From: an uncultured Lentisphaeria bacterium
Lineage (GTDB): Bacteria > Fidelibacterota > UBA8477 > JABMPR01
NCBI GenBank assembly: GCA_964578155.1
Contig: CAZOBQ010000001.1
Span: 2,670-66,669 of the forward strand
DNA length: 64,000 bases
Direction of reading: 5' to 3'
Numbering within the stretch: position 1 is the stretch's first letter; each line of letters starts with the position of its first letter. This document shows, one piece after another, positions 45,202 to 54,866 of this stretch. The notes beneath the pieces are model-generated. The model worked only from the letters and a program-made list of their open reading frames with translations. It was not told the origin of the DNA and did no database searches. A program made the translations under genes and the position numbers.

Positions 45202-47196
45202 CTAATTTTTGTTTATTCTGAATTTTTCAAACTGGTTTGATCCGGTTTGAATGTAGGATCGAAAGTGGCGTTGATAATAGCTGAATAGCGGTGAATTTGA
45301 GTCCACTTCTTTCTGTACTGCTTCAATCGGGTAGGTCACCTCATATAATTTAGCGTCTTGACCCAGGCGTTCAGTATAGAGGTAATTGCCCTCTAACCAA
45401 AAAGCCTCATCACCAGTTATCCTGCAGGCAAGTGTGGAATCTGAGGACAGGACATCCTGTCCAAAAAAGGTATAGGGCTGGGAGTAATCAATGAGACCAA
45501 GGAGTGTCGGTGCCACATCAACCTGACTGACCGGCATGTCTATCCTGCGAGCTTCCAGGGGTAATCCCGGAGCATAGATCACAAATGGGATGTGGGCATT
45601 TCTCATGCCCTGTAGTTGGTCTCTCGCAACGGACAGACTGTGATCAGCGATGAAAACGAAAATACTATTGTCATACCAGTCCATCCCAGAGGCTTTATCC
45701 ATAAATTCACCCAGAACCAAATCAACATAAGACATACTGCGATGGACTTTACCGCGATTGTATAAGGTGTCGGAGTAGACCGGTATCTTTTCCTCATACT
45801 CAGGCGGAATGGTCCAGGGTTGATGATTGCTTGTGGTAAAAAGGGTCAGGAAGATCGGTTTGGATGCCTGATCCAGCACTTCCAGTGTGTGGTCAAAAAC
45901 GTGGTGGTCATAGATACCCCATTTGGTCCCTTCTTGAGAACCGGGAAAGTCATTTCTTTCAATGATCCGGTCAAAGCCATTCGCCGTTACAAAACCCTTC
46001 ATATTGTCGAACTGGGCATCTCCCCCATACATAAAAATGGTCTCGTAGCCAATCCCCTGAAGTGTCGTTCCTAAACTTGGAGCTTCGTTCACCGATTCCA
46101 TTCTCGAAATAAGCGGGAGGCCGGGTAGGTTTGGCCAAGACATGAGAATTGAACTGATACCATGGGCAGAACGTTTCCCGTTTGCATAGCAGTTTGTAAA
46201 CGCAATCCCCTGGTTTGCCATACGGTCTAAATTTGGTGTAATGGAAGAGCTATCTTCTCTGATATAACCAGAGAAAGCGCCTGTATGGGACTCCAGAATG
46301 AACAGGATGATATTATATGGTTTTTCTATGCTTGAGTCATTTCTCCGAAGCATGGTATTTTCATTGAGAAACTCAGCTCTAGGAGCTTCAAGCAGCTGCC
46401 GGGTCAAACGAAAGGCATCTGCATCATCATAAAAATTGATCAATTCCTGGGTGCTGCTCGCTGATGAGAACTGAACATAGGAGCGACCAAAAAAGAAGAG
46501 GGGATTCAGCGCGGTCTGATTGCTGATAAAATCCTTAGAGAACATAGCATGTCCCCAGTCAATGGGTCTTTCCTGCCAACCTCCGCGGAGACTGATTCCC
46601 AGGACCAAGATGGATACAAAAACACCTGCAAATCCGGTGATCAGGGTGGCTGGTTTATCCTCTATCCTGTCACGAACCCTGGCGTAGATAGTGGAGACCA
46701 ACCAGGTCAGAAGTAAAAGTACCACAGCGACCCAGAAGATAGGATACTCCTCAAAAATGAAACTCATGCTGTCCTTCTGGACCACATAAGAACTCACTGT
46801 CAGAAAATTCACATGGGTATTGAATTCACGAAAAATGAAAATGTCTACGATATTTACGAGAGAGATGAGCATAGACAGGATATAGAAATACATGAACGAA
46901 ATTCGCTTAAATATCTCCTCCCTTATCTTGAATGCCTTCAGGAGAAGCAGCAGCCCAATGGGTAAGACAAGATAGGAGGCCACAACGGCATCCAGGCGAA
47001 AACCAATAAGGAACGACTGGATGTACATTCTCCAGTTTGCGATTTCTAAAAACTCTGCCTGAGATGCAAGAAAGATGATCCGCCAGAAATTCATGAAGAG
47101 GAGTAAATAAACGAAACCCCACCAAAATCGTGAGAAGGATGATTGCGGTCTGAGTCTACCAGTCCTACTGCTTACACTTACTATTTTCTGAAGCAA
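45202..47196 (-). CDS. LTA-synthase/phosphoglycerol-transferase family sulfatase-fold membrane protein
   Basis: 664 aa with 5 N-terminal TM helices and an extracytoplasmic alkaline-phosphatase-superfamily domain (IILFILESHTG, FIADHS). Confidence 0.8.
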   Translation of the reverse strand: MLQKIVSVSSRTGRLRPQSSFSRFWWGFVYLLLFMNFWRIIFLASQAEFLEIANWRMYIQSFLIGFRLDAVVASYLVLPIGLLLLLKAFKIREEIFKRISFMYFYILSMLISLVNIVDIFIFREFNTHVNFLTVSSYVVQKDSMSFIFEEYPIFWVAVVLLLLTWLVSTIYARVRDRIEDKPATLITGFAGVFVSILVLGISLRGGWQERPIDWGHAMFSKDFISNQTALNPLFFFGRSYVQFSSASSTQELINFYDDADAFRLTRQLLEAPRAEFLNENTMLRRNDSSIEKPYNIILFILESHTGAFSGYIREDSSSITPNLDRMANQGIAFTNCYANGKRSAHGISSILMSWPNLPGLPLISRMESVNEAPSLGTTLQGIGYETIFMYGGDAQFDNMKGFVTANGFDRIIERNDFPGSQEGTKWGIYDHHVFDHTLEVLDQASKPIFLTLFTTSNHQPWTIPPEYEEKIPVYSDTLYNRGKVHRSMSYVDLVLGEFMDKASGMDWYDNSIFVFIADHSLSVARDQLQGMRNAHIPFVIYAPGLPLEARRIDMPVSQVDVAPTLLGLIDYSQPYTFFGQDVLSSDSTLACRITGDEAFWLEGNYLYTERLGQDAKLYEVTYPIEAVQKEVDSNSPLFSYYQRHFRSYIQTGSNQFEKFRINKN

Positions 47197-47294
47197 TTTA
47201 TAGATGATTGAGTTCTCTTTTGTCCGGTTTATAACCGGGTCCAGTCACTGGCTTTCACAGGCAATGACTGAACCCTGTCTTTAATAATCGATAT

Positions 47295-50027
47295 CTACGC
47301 AGCTTTTTTCTTGTCCTTGATACCCATGATTGCAGATAGAATAATGACTGTGGTTAAAAAACAAGCCCCTACACCAAAAATAAGTGCATACGAGAGACTT
47401 GCATATCCCCTGAAGGGTGAAAATGCCATGGAGCCAAATGCTAACATGGTCGTCAATGTTGTTAGTAGAATAGCTTTTCCAGTGCTGGACATTACAGTAT
47501 AGGCTGGGCGAGAACCTTCCAGTCGCCAGCGGTGAACGGCATGCACTCCATCATCTATTCCTATTCCCAGAATCAGCGGCAAGGCCATGACATTCATCAT
47601 GTCGATCTGAAGCCCAAATAGCTGCATGAGCCCGATCATCCAGATGGCTCCAACTGCCAGGGGAAGTAGAGCTGCTATTGCATATCCAAAAGACCTAAAG
47701 TCCATAAGCAGAATGAGATAGACAAGCACCAGAGTCAGTATGGCTGCATTCCTGCCATCACGACCAATGATCTCAATCAGAGCATTCATGATGGGCGGCA
47801 TTCCTGTTGTACGGTCACTTACCGTTTCTAGCTCTCCAGCAAATTGCTCAAGAAAAAGACGGTCCTGATAAATGTTTCCAGATGGTAATACCGTTGTAAG
47901 AAAGAGTGATCGATCTTTGCTTGCATAGCGGTCAACAATTGATACCGGCAACACATCCAGGGTCAGTGGATCTGTATTGGTCATATTGATTACGCTAGCG
48001 GCAAAATAGTCTGCATATGCATCCTGGAATGCATTCAGACGATCGCTTACCAGCTTGTCTCCCTGATCCATTAGTTGATACAGCCTGGTGAATATGGTAT
48101 TGCTTGGTGTTCCTTCGATATCACCAACAATTTCTGTAGTCCGAGCAAAAACCTTGTCCTGTCCACCGAGAAAAGCCATGGATTGAAATTCCATCACGTT
48201 CATTTCCAGACGCTCGATTTCCTGACGGACTGTGGCCATGTCTTTCGTCCTAAGCGGAGAAATATGAGCCTGACTCATGAGATCTCGAACCTCCAGGATA
48301 TGAGGGATCCTTTCCGCTTGTTCTTCCATTGAAGGTAAAAAGCTTGAGATATCATCTACAGTAGCCACTGACGGTAAATCCTTAGCTTTTTCTTTTAATG
48401 CACGTGACTCTTCAACACTTTCTGAAACCAGATAGGCAAAATCCATACTTAGATCGAACTTGTCCTGCACAGTGTCCTGGAGCATAATGCTGGGCAATCC
48501 TTCTGCCTCCAGATCCATCATGTTGTGGTTGAATGTTATTTTTCCAGCTGAAAATGCCAGTAATATGGTGATCACAACAACAGCAGCGATAGAACTCCAA
48601 GGGTAGTCTTGTATGAAGCTCCCGGTTTTTCCCAAGGCCTTAAAAGTAATATCTCTTGGGGGCTGTTCCTTAATTCCCTTTTTAGCTCTTTTGCGTTCTT
48701 TACTTCTTTCTCTTACAACCAGAAAGGTTGGAAGGGCTACAAAGGTTGAGATCATGACAGCCAGAAGACCAATGGCAGTAACCAGCCCCAGTTCACTCAT
48801 GGCACGCGAGTCACCAATCATTAAAGCAAGAAATGCGACAGCGGTGGTAATTGCACCTGTTGAAACTCCCTTTCCGCTTTTCTCCAGACCTGCTAATGTA
48901 GCTTCTTCCAATGAAAGTCCCTGGGTACGCATTTCTGTGAATGTAGAGATAACATGAATAGAAAAGTCGATGCCCAGTCCAATGAGAATGATCATGAACA
49001 TCGCAGTCATAATATTTAAAACCGGGACAACGATGGCCACCACGCCTGCTGCCCAGATCAATCCAATAATCAGATTCGCTAGCGCCAACAGGGGTGCATC
49101 CCACATTTTAAAGGCAAAGAACAACAGTGCTCCAATTGCAAAAATTGAAAGCAGCATTGATATTTCAAGTCCCTGGGTACTGTAGACCATTTCATCTCGA
49201 CCAACAGCTATGGCTCCAGAGAGACCAGCCTGCACATTGGGGTGTGCTTTTAGAACATCATTAAGTACCCCCTGGACTGCATCAGTGCCATCCACAATCA
49301 TGAATGCATCCAGCATACTGAAAGTGGGGATCAGATTCATGATAAGTGCCTGGCGATCATAAGAGAGGAAATAGGGTTCTCCGAGAAGCAGTCTGTCTAC
49401 AGCGCTTTCAGCTGCAGAAGCCTCAATTTTACCGGTTTGGAGGGTCTGCTCCATTTCTCCCAGCCAGCTATTAATCCCATTCAAAAAGACTAGGGCTCCA
49501 TCTTCTTCCTCTCTCGAGGAAATCGATTCTTCCGGCTGAATAAACTCTTTTTCGAAACTGTTGTTTATATTGGTCAGTAGTCCTGATAAACCAGGATCCT
49601 GAAATACATCCTTCAGGTTTTTCAGATCATCTTCTTTCATGAGCATGAAACCGTGTTCTTTCATGAAATCCAGGTCGGCCAGGTAATCCGCTCTACGAAC
49701 ATATACGTAGGGCTCCGTATCCTTTCCGGGAATGGTCAGGGGTTCCAACACTCTGGGTGCTAAATCATTGGCGAAAGCCTTGATGTCTTCTTCAGCTCCC
49801 TGCACGACAACCACAATACTTGAGGCTGACTGAAACTCTTCCAGGATGCGATCAAATTCTATGGTTCGTGGATCACCTTCCGGAAGCATATCAGACCATT
49901 TGGGGGTCATAGACATTCCGCCTGAAAGAACCATGGTAATTACAGTTACAAGCCCAACACCCCAGAGCATTAGCTTGGTTTTATTTACAGCCAGGTCGGC
50001 TAGTTTCTTGATTAATCTATCTCTCAT
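47295..50027 (-). CDS. MMPL/RND-superfamily exporter (two 6-TM bundles)
   Basis: Two sterol-sensing-like TM bundles are separated by large soluble domains. The track ORF starts at 50105, but those 26 residues are a translation of an intergenic repeat. ATG 50027 follows AAAGGGG. Confidence 0.85.
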   Translation of the reverse strand: MRDRLIKKLADLAVNKTKLMLWGVGLVTVITMVLSGGMSMTPKWSDMLPEGDPRTIEFDRILEEFQSASSIVVVVQGAEEDIKAFANDLAPRVLEPLTIPGKDTEPYVYVRRADYLADLDFMKEHGFMLMKEDDLKNLKDVFQDPGLSGLLTNINNSFEKEFIQPEESISSREEEDGALVFLNGINSWLGEMEQTLQTGKIEASAAESAVDRLLLGEPYFLSYDRQALIMNLIPTFSMLDAFMIVDGTDAVQGVLNDVLKAHPNVQAGLSGAIAVGRDEMVYSTQGLEISMLLSIFAIGALLFFAFKMWDAPLLALANLIIGLIWAAGVVAIVVPVLNIMTAMFMIILIGLGIDFSIHVISTFTEMRTQGLSLEEATLAGLEKSGKGVSTGAITTAVAFLALMIGDSRAMSELGLVTAIGLLAVMISTFVALPTFLVVRERSKERKRAKKGIKEQPPRDITFKALGKTGSFIQDYPWSSIAAVVVITILLAFSAGKITFNHNMMDLEAEGLPSIMLQDTVQDKFDLSMDFAYLVSESVEESRALKEKAKDLPSVATVDDISSFLPSMEEQAERIPHILEVRDLMSQAHISPLRTKDMATVRQEIERLEMNVMEFQSMAFLGGQDKVFARTTEIVGDIEGTPSNTIFTRLYQLMDQGDKLVSDRLNAFQDAYADYFAASVINMTNTDPLTLDVLPVSIVDRYASKDRSLFLTTVLPSGNIYQDRLFLEQFAGELETVSDRTTGMPPIMNALIEIIGRDGRNAAILTLVLVYLILLMDFRSFGYAIAALLPLAVGAIWMIGLMQLFGLQIDMMNVMALPLILGIGIDDGVHAVHRWRLEGSRPAYTVMSSTGKAILLTTLTTMLAFGSMAFSPFRGYASLSYALIFGVGACFLTTVIILSAIMGIKDKKKAA

Positions 50028-50064
50028 GTTCCACCCCTTTTTATTAAAAGAATTATAGCTTTCT

Positions 50065-50190
50065 CGCAGAGCGCGCAGAGACTGTTTTTTTGACACGAAT
50101 AGCACAAATACGATGAACTGTCTGGACTAACATCGGGTGTATATAAATACTCTTTCGTGTTAATTCGTGATGATTTGTGCTGTTCGTGTC
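50065..50190. repeat. 9-mer arrays forming a long inverted repeat between the OMP gene and the MMPL gene
   Basis: CGCAGAGCG CGCAGAGAC at 50065-50082. GACACGAAT AGCACAAAT ACGATGAAC at 50092-50118. The inverted copy TTCGTGTTAATTCGTGATGATTTGTGCTGTTCGTGTC at 50154-50190. Confidence 0.85.
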
Positions 50191-50196
50191 TTGTCA

Positions 50197-51384
50197 TTAA
50201 AAATCACTTCTCAGTCTGAGTCGCAATCCCCAGTCCTGTAGTCCGAACTCTGTGTCCTCTTCGCCCCAGAATAGGCTTCCCTGCAGTGAGATGTTCGTGT
50301 CATCAAAAATGTTCCAGTCCAACTGGGGTGCAAAGGTCCCGCTATTGTCGTTAAAATTGGCAATGGCCAGGGCACTCAGGCTAACAAGATCAAAAGTGGG
50401 GTGCATAAGATAGAGGAAGCCATAGTCCTGCATGAGACTATGGGATTTCCCACTTAAGCTATACAAATAATCATAAATGATCAATTCATCTGCTTTAGCT
50501 TTACCATATTCATTGTGTAAATATTCACCTAGAACGTAGACTGAATTATCAAAGGTGTGGTCTAGCCCAAAAACATACTCGTTGAAAGAATCTATCGGGG
50601 GTTCATAGGCAATTATGCTCGAACTACTATAGAGCTCATAAAAACTGCTGTATACAATATTGTTTACCCCAAACTCTGTCCATACCCCCCATCCAAGTAT
50701 CTCTCCGACAAGTGACCCCCCATGCAGCCATCTCTCATCTTCTTCACCATATCCATAGGTGAAAGCATGCAATGATTGCCATTGTTGTTGGGCAGTAGTC
50801 AGTGAAAAGTCGAAACGACCAAAGCCACCATTCAGCCAAAATTGTTTTGTCGCATTCTCAAAATTATCTGCTGGGATCATCACCATCTCAAATGAAGAAC
50901 GATTGCCCAGTGGAACAACAGATCGAATAGCCGCGATTCCAGTCTGTTCGTAGCTGGGATCCAGGAGCGATCTAGAATTAAAAATATCGGTTGGATTCCA
51001 GGCATAGCCTACACCCGGCGAAATCTGTTGTCTTCCTAAGGTCATATCCAACCACGGAAATGTGAGCCTCATATAGACATTATCCACCATGATGGTGTCT
51101 TGTAATTCTATGTTTTGAACCAAGCCAGAGTTGGCATACCCCGGTAGAAAATCATAGATATTCCAACTGGTCTTTCCCCAGTACTTCTGGATATTGACAT
51201 TGGCTCCAATAAGCACATTATCATTAGGACGCGCTTCAACATCAAGACGAAATTTATTGTAGCCAAAATTATAATTCACTGTTCCAAGCTGCATGAGGTC
51301 AGCCTCCGATTCGAAATATCCGAAAAATTCTGGTTGAGCCCAGAGCATGAGAGGTAGAAAAAGAATTATCCCCCAGCTTTTCAT
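50197..51384 (-). CDS. Putative outer-membrane beta-barrel protein
   Basis: 395 aa with signal peptide ILFLPLMLWAQ, alternating aromatic/polar strands and a C-terminal ...LRLRSDF (terminal Phe). Confidence 0.55.
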   Translation of the reverse strand: MKSWGIILFLPLMLWAQPEFFGYFESEADLMQLGTVNYNFGYNKFRLDVEARPNDNVLIGANVNIQKYWGKTSWNIYDFLPGYANSGLVQNIELQDTIMVDNVYMRLTFPWLDMTLGRQQISPGVGYAWNPTDIFNSRSLLDPSYEQTGIAAIRSVVPLGNRSSFEMVMIPADNFENATKQFWLNGGFGRFDFSLTTAQQQWQSLHAFTYGYGEEDERWLHGGSLVGEILGWGVWTEFGVNNIVYSSFYELYSSSSIIAYEPPIDSFNEYVFGLDHTFDNSVYVLGEYLHNEYGKAKADELIIYDYLYSLSGKSHSLMQDYGFLYLMHPTFDLVSLSALAIANFNDNSGTFAPQLDWNIFDDTNISLQGSLFWGEEDTEFGLQDWGLRLRLRSDF

Positions 51385-52130
51385 TTTTTCAAATTCCTTT
51401 CTGAAAAGAAACCTTTGGGTGGTTCCCAGTTGTAGGTGATTTCAAGGGTTCGCATAGTTGTGCTGGACCGTTCCTTGTTATCCGTCATCACCATCATCAT
51501 GGCACTTGGGTAATCTTCAACCATTTGGATATTAGACATGACGAGAGACTTGGAATTAAAACCGTTTTCATCATAGTAATCCAGGGCGATGGGGTAATAG
51601 TCTGACTGACGCGCCCAAAGCACGATTTTTGGATAAGGGGGTTCCTCCTCGGGGATGCCCATTAGTTCAATTTTCCACGTAAGCTCACCATCTCGAGTTT
51701 CTTCCGCCAGGATGGTCGCCTTAAATTTTGTCTGAAACACATCTCCACCACCCATGTCCTCATAAGTGAAGTCAGAGCCTTGCATCTTTTGTTTTTTAGC
51801 ATGGGAAGCCAGCTTTCGAACTCGCTTGGTCCTGGGAAAGTAGCTCCAGATATCATCAGCGTTATTTAGCATAAGGAATGCCTGCCCACGAATGGCTGCC
51901 GGTTTTGTATAGCGGGTAAGGGAGCTCTCTCCTTTTCCACTTGACCAGGATTCAAATTCAAAAACCCGTTCTTTGCCGGAACTGGTAATAATGGTCTGTG
52001 ATCCTTTGGAATAAGTGTTCTCTGGTGACATGATACTTGTGACGCGGTCAATGATTTCAGCAGCAGTGGGTGTCTGAGCGAAGAGGGTTGACAGTCCAAG
52101 AAAGGTGATCATAATTAGGCGGAGTCTCAT
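51381..52130 (-). CDS. Outer-membrane lipoprotein-sorting (LolA-like) protein
   Basis: 249 aa with a signal peptide. Size, context (4-nt overlaps with TetR and OMP genes, next to MMPL) and sequence feel of the LolA_like family support the call, from memory only. Confidence 0.55.
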   Translation of the reverse strand: MRLRLIMITFLGLSTLFAQTPTAAEIIDRVTSIMSPENTYSKGSQTIITSSGKERVFEFESWSSGKGESSLTRYTKPAAIRGQAFLMLNNADDIWSYFPRTKRVRKLASHAKKQKMQGSDFTYEDMGGGDVFQTKFKATILAEETRDGELTWKIELMGIPEEEPPYPKIVLWARQSDYYPIALDYYDENGFNSKSLVMSNIQMVEDYPSAMMMVMTDNKERSSTTMRTLEITYNWEPPKGFFSERNLKK

Positions 52131-52732
52131 GGCTCTAGTCCTTTCATGAAGCTTTCAATACCTTCCGCAAGTGCTGTTTCAAAAGCGGCTTTATCTTTAT
52201 TGAGCATGAACTGCCAGACAAAACCATCAATGAATGCCAAGCATAGGGTGGCAACACCGTCGTAATTCATTTCACGAAATTCACCCGATTTGACCCCTGA
52301 CTCTAGAATCTTAATCACAAGGCCCCTCAGCTTATCATAACCCTCTGAGAGCCCCGCCGGTTCATGCTCACCTCGTTTAATGGCTCTAGCTCCCTGAGCC
52401 CAAATCTCAGTCATAATCAACATGGCATCTTCCATCTCGAAAATAATTTCGGTATTCATACGCATAAAAGTCAACAAGGTCTGCTTGGGAGTGAGATCCA
52501 TTGAATACAGTTTTTCAGAAGCATCTATCATGTCACCCATGAGTGTTTCAACAATAGCGTGAAATATCTCATCCTTACTGCTAAAGTATTCGTAGACAGT
52601 ACCTTTGCCGATATTGGCCTCTTTGGCGATATCAGCTATTTTGCCTTTTTCCAGGCCATCTCGAGCGAAAACATGTATGGCCGCTCGTATAATTGCCTCA
52701 GGTTTTGCCGGGTCTTTTTGTAAGGGAGTCAT
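52127..52732 (-). CDS. TetR/AcrR family transcriptional regulator
   Basis: 201 aa with the HTH GKIADIAKEANIGKGTVYEYFSSKDEIF. Confidence 0.9.
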   Translation of the reverse strand: MTPLQKDPAKPEAIIRAAIHVFARDGLEKGKIADIAKEANIGKGTVYEYFSSKDEIFHAIVETLMGDMIDASEKLYSMDLTPKQTLLTFMRMNTEIIFEMEDAMLIMTEIWAQGARAIKRGEHEPAGLSEGYDKLRGLVIKILESGVKSGEFREMNYDGVATLCLAFIDGFVWQFMLNKDKAAFETALAEGIESFMKGLEP

Positions 52733-52772
52733 GGTGTGGTTACCTTTCTATGTATGATTACGTCATAAAATA

Positions 52773-52790
52773 TGACCGGCCAGTCGGTCA
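52773..52790. promoter_or_regulatory. Candidate TetR operator palindrome TGACCG-N6-CGGTCA
   Basis: Perfect 6+6 inverted repeat, 41 nt upstream of the TetR start codon. A second small palindrome TATGA-N5-TCATA lies at about 52750-52764. Confidence 0.35.
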
Positions 52791-52893
52791 GTCAAGTCAT
52801 TTTTCATATCCCTTACATTTATTTTCACATTCATGAATTTCTGGATATCTTAATTCACCTTTAAAAAATATTGAGCTAGACAATAACCTAACT

Positions 52894-54504
52894 ATGAGAT
52901 CAAACATGTCCATCAGTGACCGTCAACAGAGCGCTTCCTCCAAACAATCCTACTTGTTTGGCTTTGCTTTATTGTTGATCCTCAGCATCTCCTCCTGCTG
53001 CCCGGATGATCCGTATGCTAATTACCTAAACCTTATCATTACCACAGAACCTAAGTCTCTTGATCCCGCTTTATCTACTGACATAACAACAGCAGTTTTA
53101 ACTTCACTCATGTATAACAATCTCGTGCAGTTTGGTGTTGGCACAGAAATAGAACCGGGCCTTGCTGAATCGTGGACCATATCAGATGATGGTTTAGTTT
53201 ATACCTTTAAACTAAAAGATAGTGTTTTATTTTGGAATGGCGAAACACTCACCACTACTGATGTTAAACATTCATTCGAGCGAGTTTTAGATCCAGACAC
53301 GCGATCCCCACAAACCTGGCTGCTTACTCCAATCGAAGGTGCAACAGCCTTCATGAGAGGCCAGGCTGATACAATACAAGGTATTTCGCGTATTTCACCA
53401 GATACGGTTCAATTGACCCTGGAGAGCCCTTTTGCGCCATTCCTCGGCTTCCTCGGTGCCCCTGCTACCGCAATCGTCTCCAGCTCTTGGGGTGAAGACC
53501 TAAAGGAGCAACCCATGGGAACCGGGCCCTGGGTATTCTCTGAATGGAAGGCTGACCAGAATATTCGACTCAAGCGAAACGAAAACTATTATGATGGCAA
53601 AGCAAAACTCGAGGGTTTATTATTAAATAATGTTGGAGAGATATTAACTGCTGCTTTAGAGTTTGAAGCAGGTAATCTGGATGTGATGGCAATACCTAAC
53701 TCAGAGTTTAAATATTGGACGCGGAGCTCCATCTGGAAACCCTACATTCATAAACTAGAAGAACTGGGTCTTTATTACCTAGCTATGAATGTTGATCGGC
53801 CTCCCTTTAATGATATTCGCGTACGTCAGGCGGCTACCCTAGCTATAGACCGGGAGAAAATCATCAAGCGCGTTTTACATAACAGTGCCACTCTGGCGTT
53901 AGGGGCAATTCCACCACGCCTTTCTGCTTATGACAGTAGTCGACAAACACTTCCATACGATCCTGACCGCGCTCGCCAGCTTCTCAGGGAGGCGGGCTAT
54001 AATGATGATTGTGAATTTGACCTCTGGGTTGATCCTGGCGCGGCTGTTTCCCAAACCATCGAAGCTATTCATTATTACCTAAGCGAAGCCGGGTTTAAGG
54101 TTCATTTAGTCAGGAACGACTGGAACATGATGCGAGATGCCATGCGAAAAGGTGAAACAGACGCATATTGGGGGAACTGGTGGGCAGATTATGCTGATGC
54201 AGAAAATTTCCTGGCACCCCTCTTTCATACTGAAACAGCAGCTACGAGAAATCGTTACTCAAACACCTCTGTAGATGCATTGATTCAAAAGCTTCAGCGA
54301 AGCGCCTCTCCTGAAGAGAGAACTAGCCTGGCTCAGCAGATTGATAGTATTCTCGTCAATGAAGCTCCCTATGTCTTTATGTGGTACCCTATTGCATACA
54401 CAGTTGTTCAGCCCAACCTTAAGGGCTATGTTCCCCACCTTATGCCAAATGCCAACCGGTACACTGAAGTATATTTTGAAAACCAGGAAACTAAGCATGA
54501 CTAA
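52894..54504 (+). CDS. ABC transporter substrate-binding lipoprotein, family 5 (peptide/nickel/opine type)
   Basis: 536 aa with lipobox LSISSC and SBP_bac_5 motifs (LAESWTISDDGLVYTFKLKDSVLFWNGE, NENYYDG, NRYSN). Confidence 0.88.
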   Translation: MRSNMSISDRQQSASSKQSYLFGFALLLILSISSCCPDDPYANYLNLIITTEPKSLDPALSTDITTAVLTSLMYNNLVQFGVGTEIEPGLAESWTISDDGLVYTFKLKDSVLFWNGETLTTTDVKHSFERVLDPDTRSPQTWLLTPIEGATAFMRGQADTIQGISRISPDTVQLTLESPFAPFLGFLGAPATAIVSSSWGEDLKEQPMGTGPWVFSEWKADQNIRLKRNENYYDGKAKLEGLLLNNVGEILTAALEFEAGNLDVMAIPNSEFKYWTRSSIWKPYIHKLEELGLYYLAMNVDRPPFNDIRVRQAATLAIDREKIIKRVLHNSATLALGAIPPRLSAYDSSRQTLPYDPDRARQLLREAGYNDDCEFDLWVDPGAAVSQTIEAIHYYLSEAGFKVHLVRNDWNMMRDAMRKGETDAYWGNWWADYADAENFLAPLFHTETAATRNRYSNTSVDALIQKLQRSASPEERTSLAQQIDSILVNEAPYVFMWYPIAYTVVQPNLKGYVPHLMPNANRYTEVYFENQETKHD

Positions 54505-54808
54505 AATTGACAATCATCCCGTACTTGGACAACTCAATGAATCAGATCGTCGCCTAACGGAAGTTGACAAGCTACAAGCCGCCCTAAATGAACGACGACG
54601 CATTCTAGCTAGAGATGGAAGAGCAACTACTATCGTCGCTGGGATTGTTGGCATCTCCGGTTTGTTTTTCATGAAGCCGCTCTCCTTTTATCTCATTCTG
54701 GGATTACTCCTTCTTGGTCTGCCCCTGGTTTGGCGCCATCTGGCAAAAGAAGCCCGAGAATTCAGTATGACCGATGAAGAAATTCAATCGATTTTAGATT
54801 CCCAGTAG
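54497..54808 (+). CDS. Small hypothetical membrane protein
   Basis: 103 aa counted from ATG 54497, which overlaps the SBP stop by 8 nt. Two adjacent TM helices are present (IVAGIVGISGLFFM, FYLILGLLLLGLPLVW). The upstream part of track ORF 54341 is out-of-frame overlap with the SBP gene. Confidence 0.45.
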   Translation: MTKIDNHPVLGQLNESDRRLTEVDKLQAALNERRRILARDGRATTIVAGIVGISGLFFMKPLSFYLILGLLLLGLPLVWRHLAKEAREFSMTDEEIQSILDSQ

Positions 54809-54866
54809 AGTCACAGCATACTACAGTTCTACACTGCACATTAAACCATAACCAAGAGAATAATAC

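Noticed and set aside
50028-50105. N-terminal 26 residues of track ORF 47295..50105 (MLFVSKKQSLRALRESYNSFNKKGWN)
   Set aside because: This stretch is a translation of the intergenic 9-mer repeat array. A better start is ATG 50027 with an AAAGGGG RBS, which begins a typical MMPL N-terminus.
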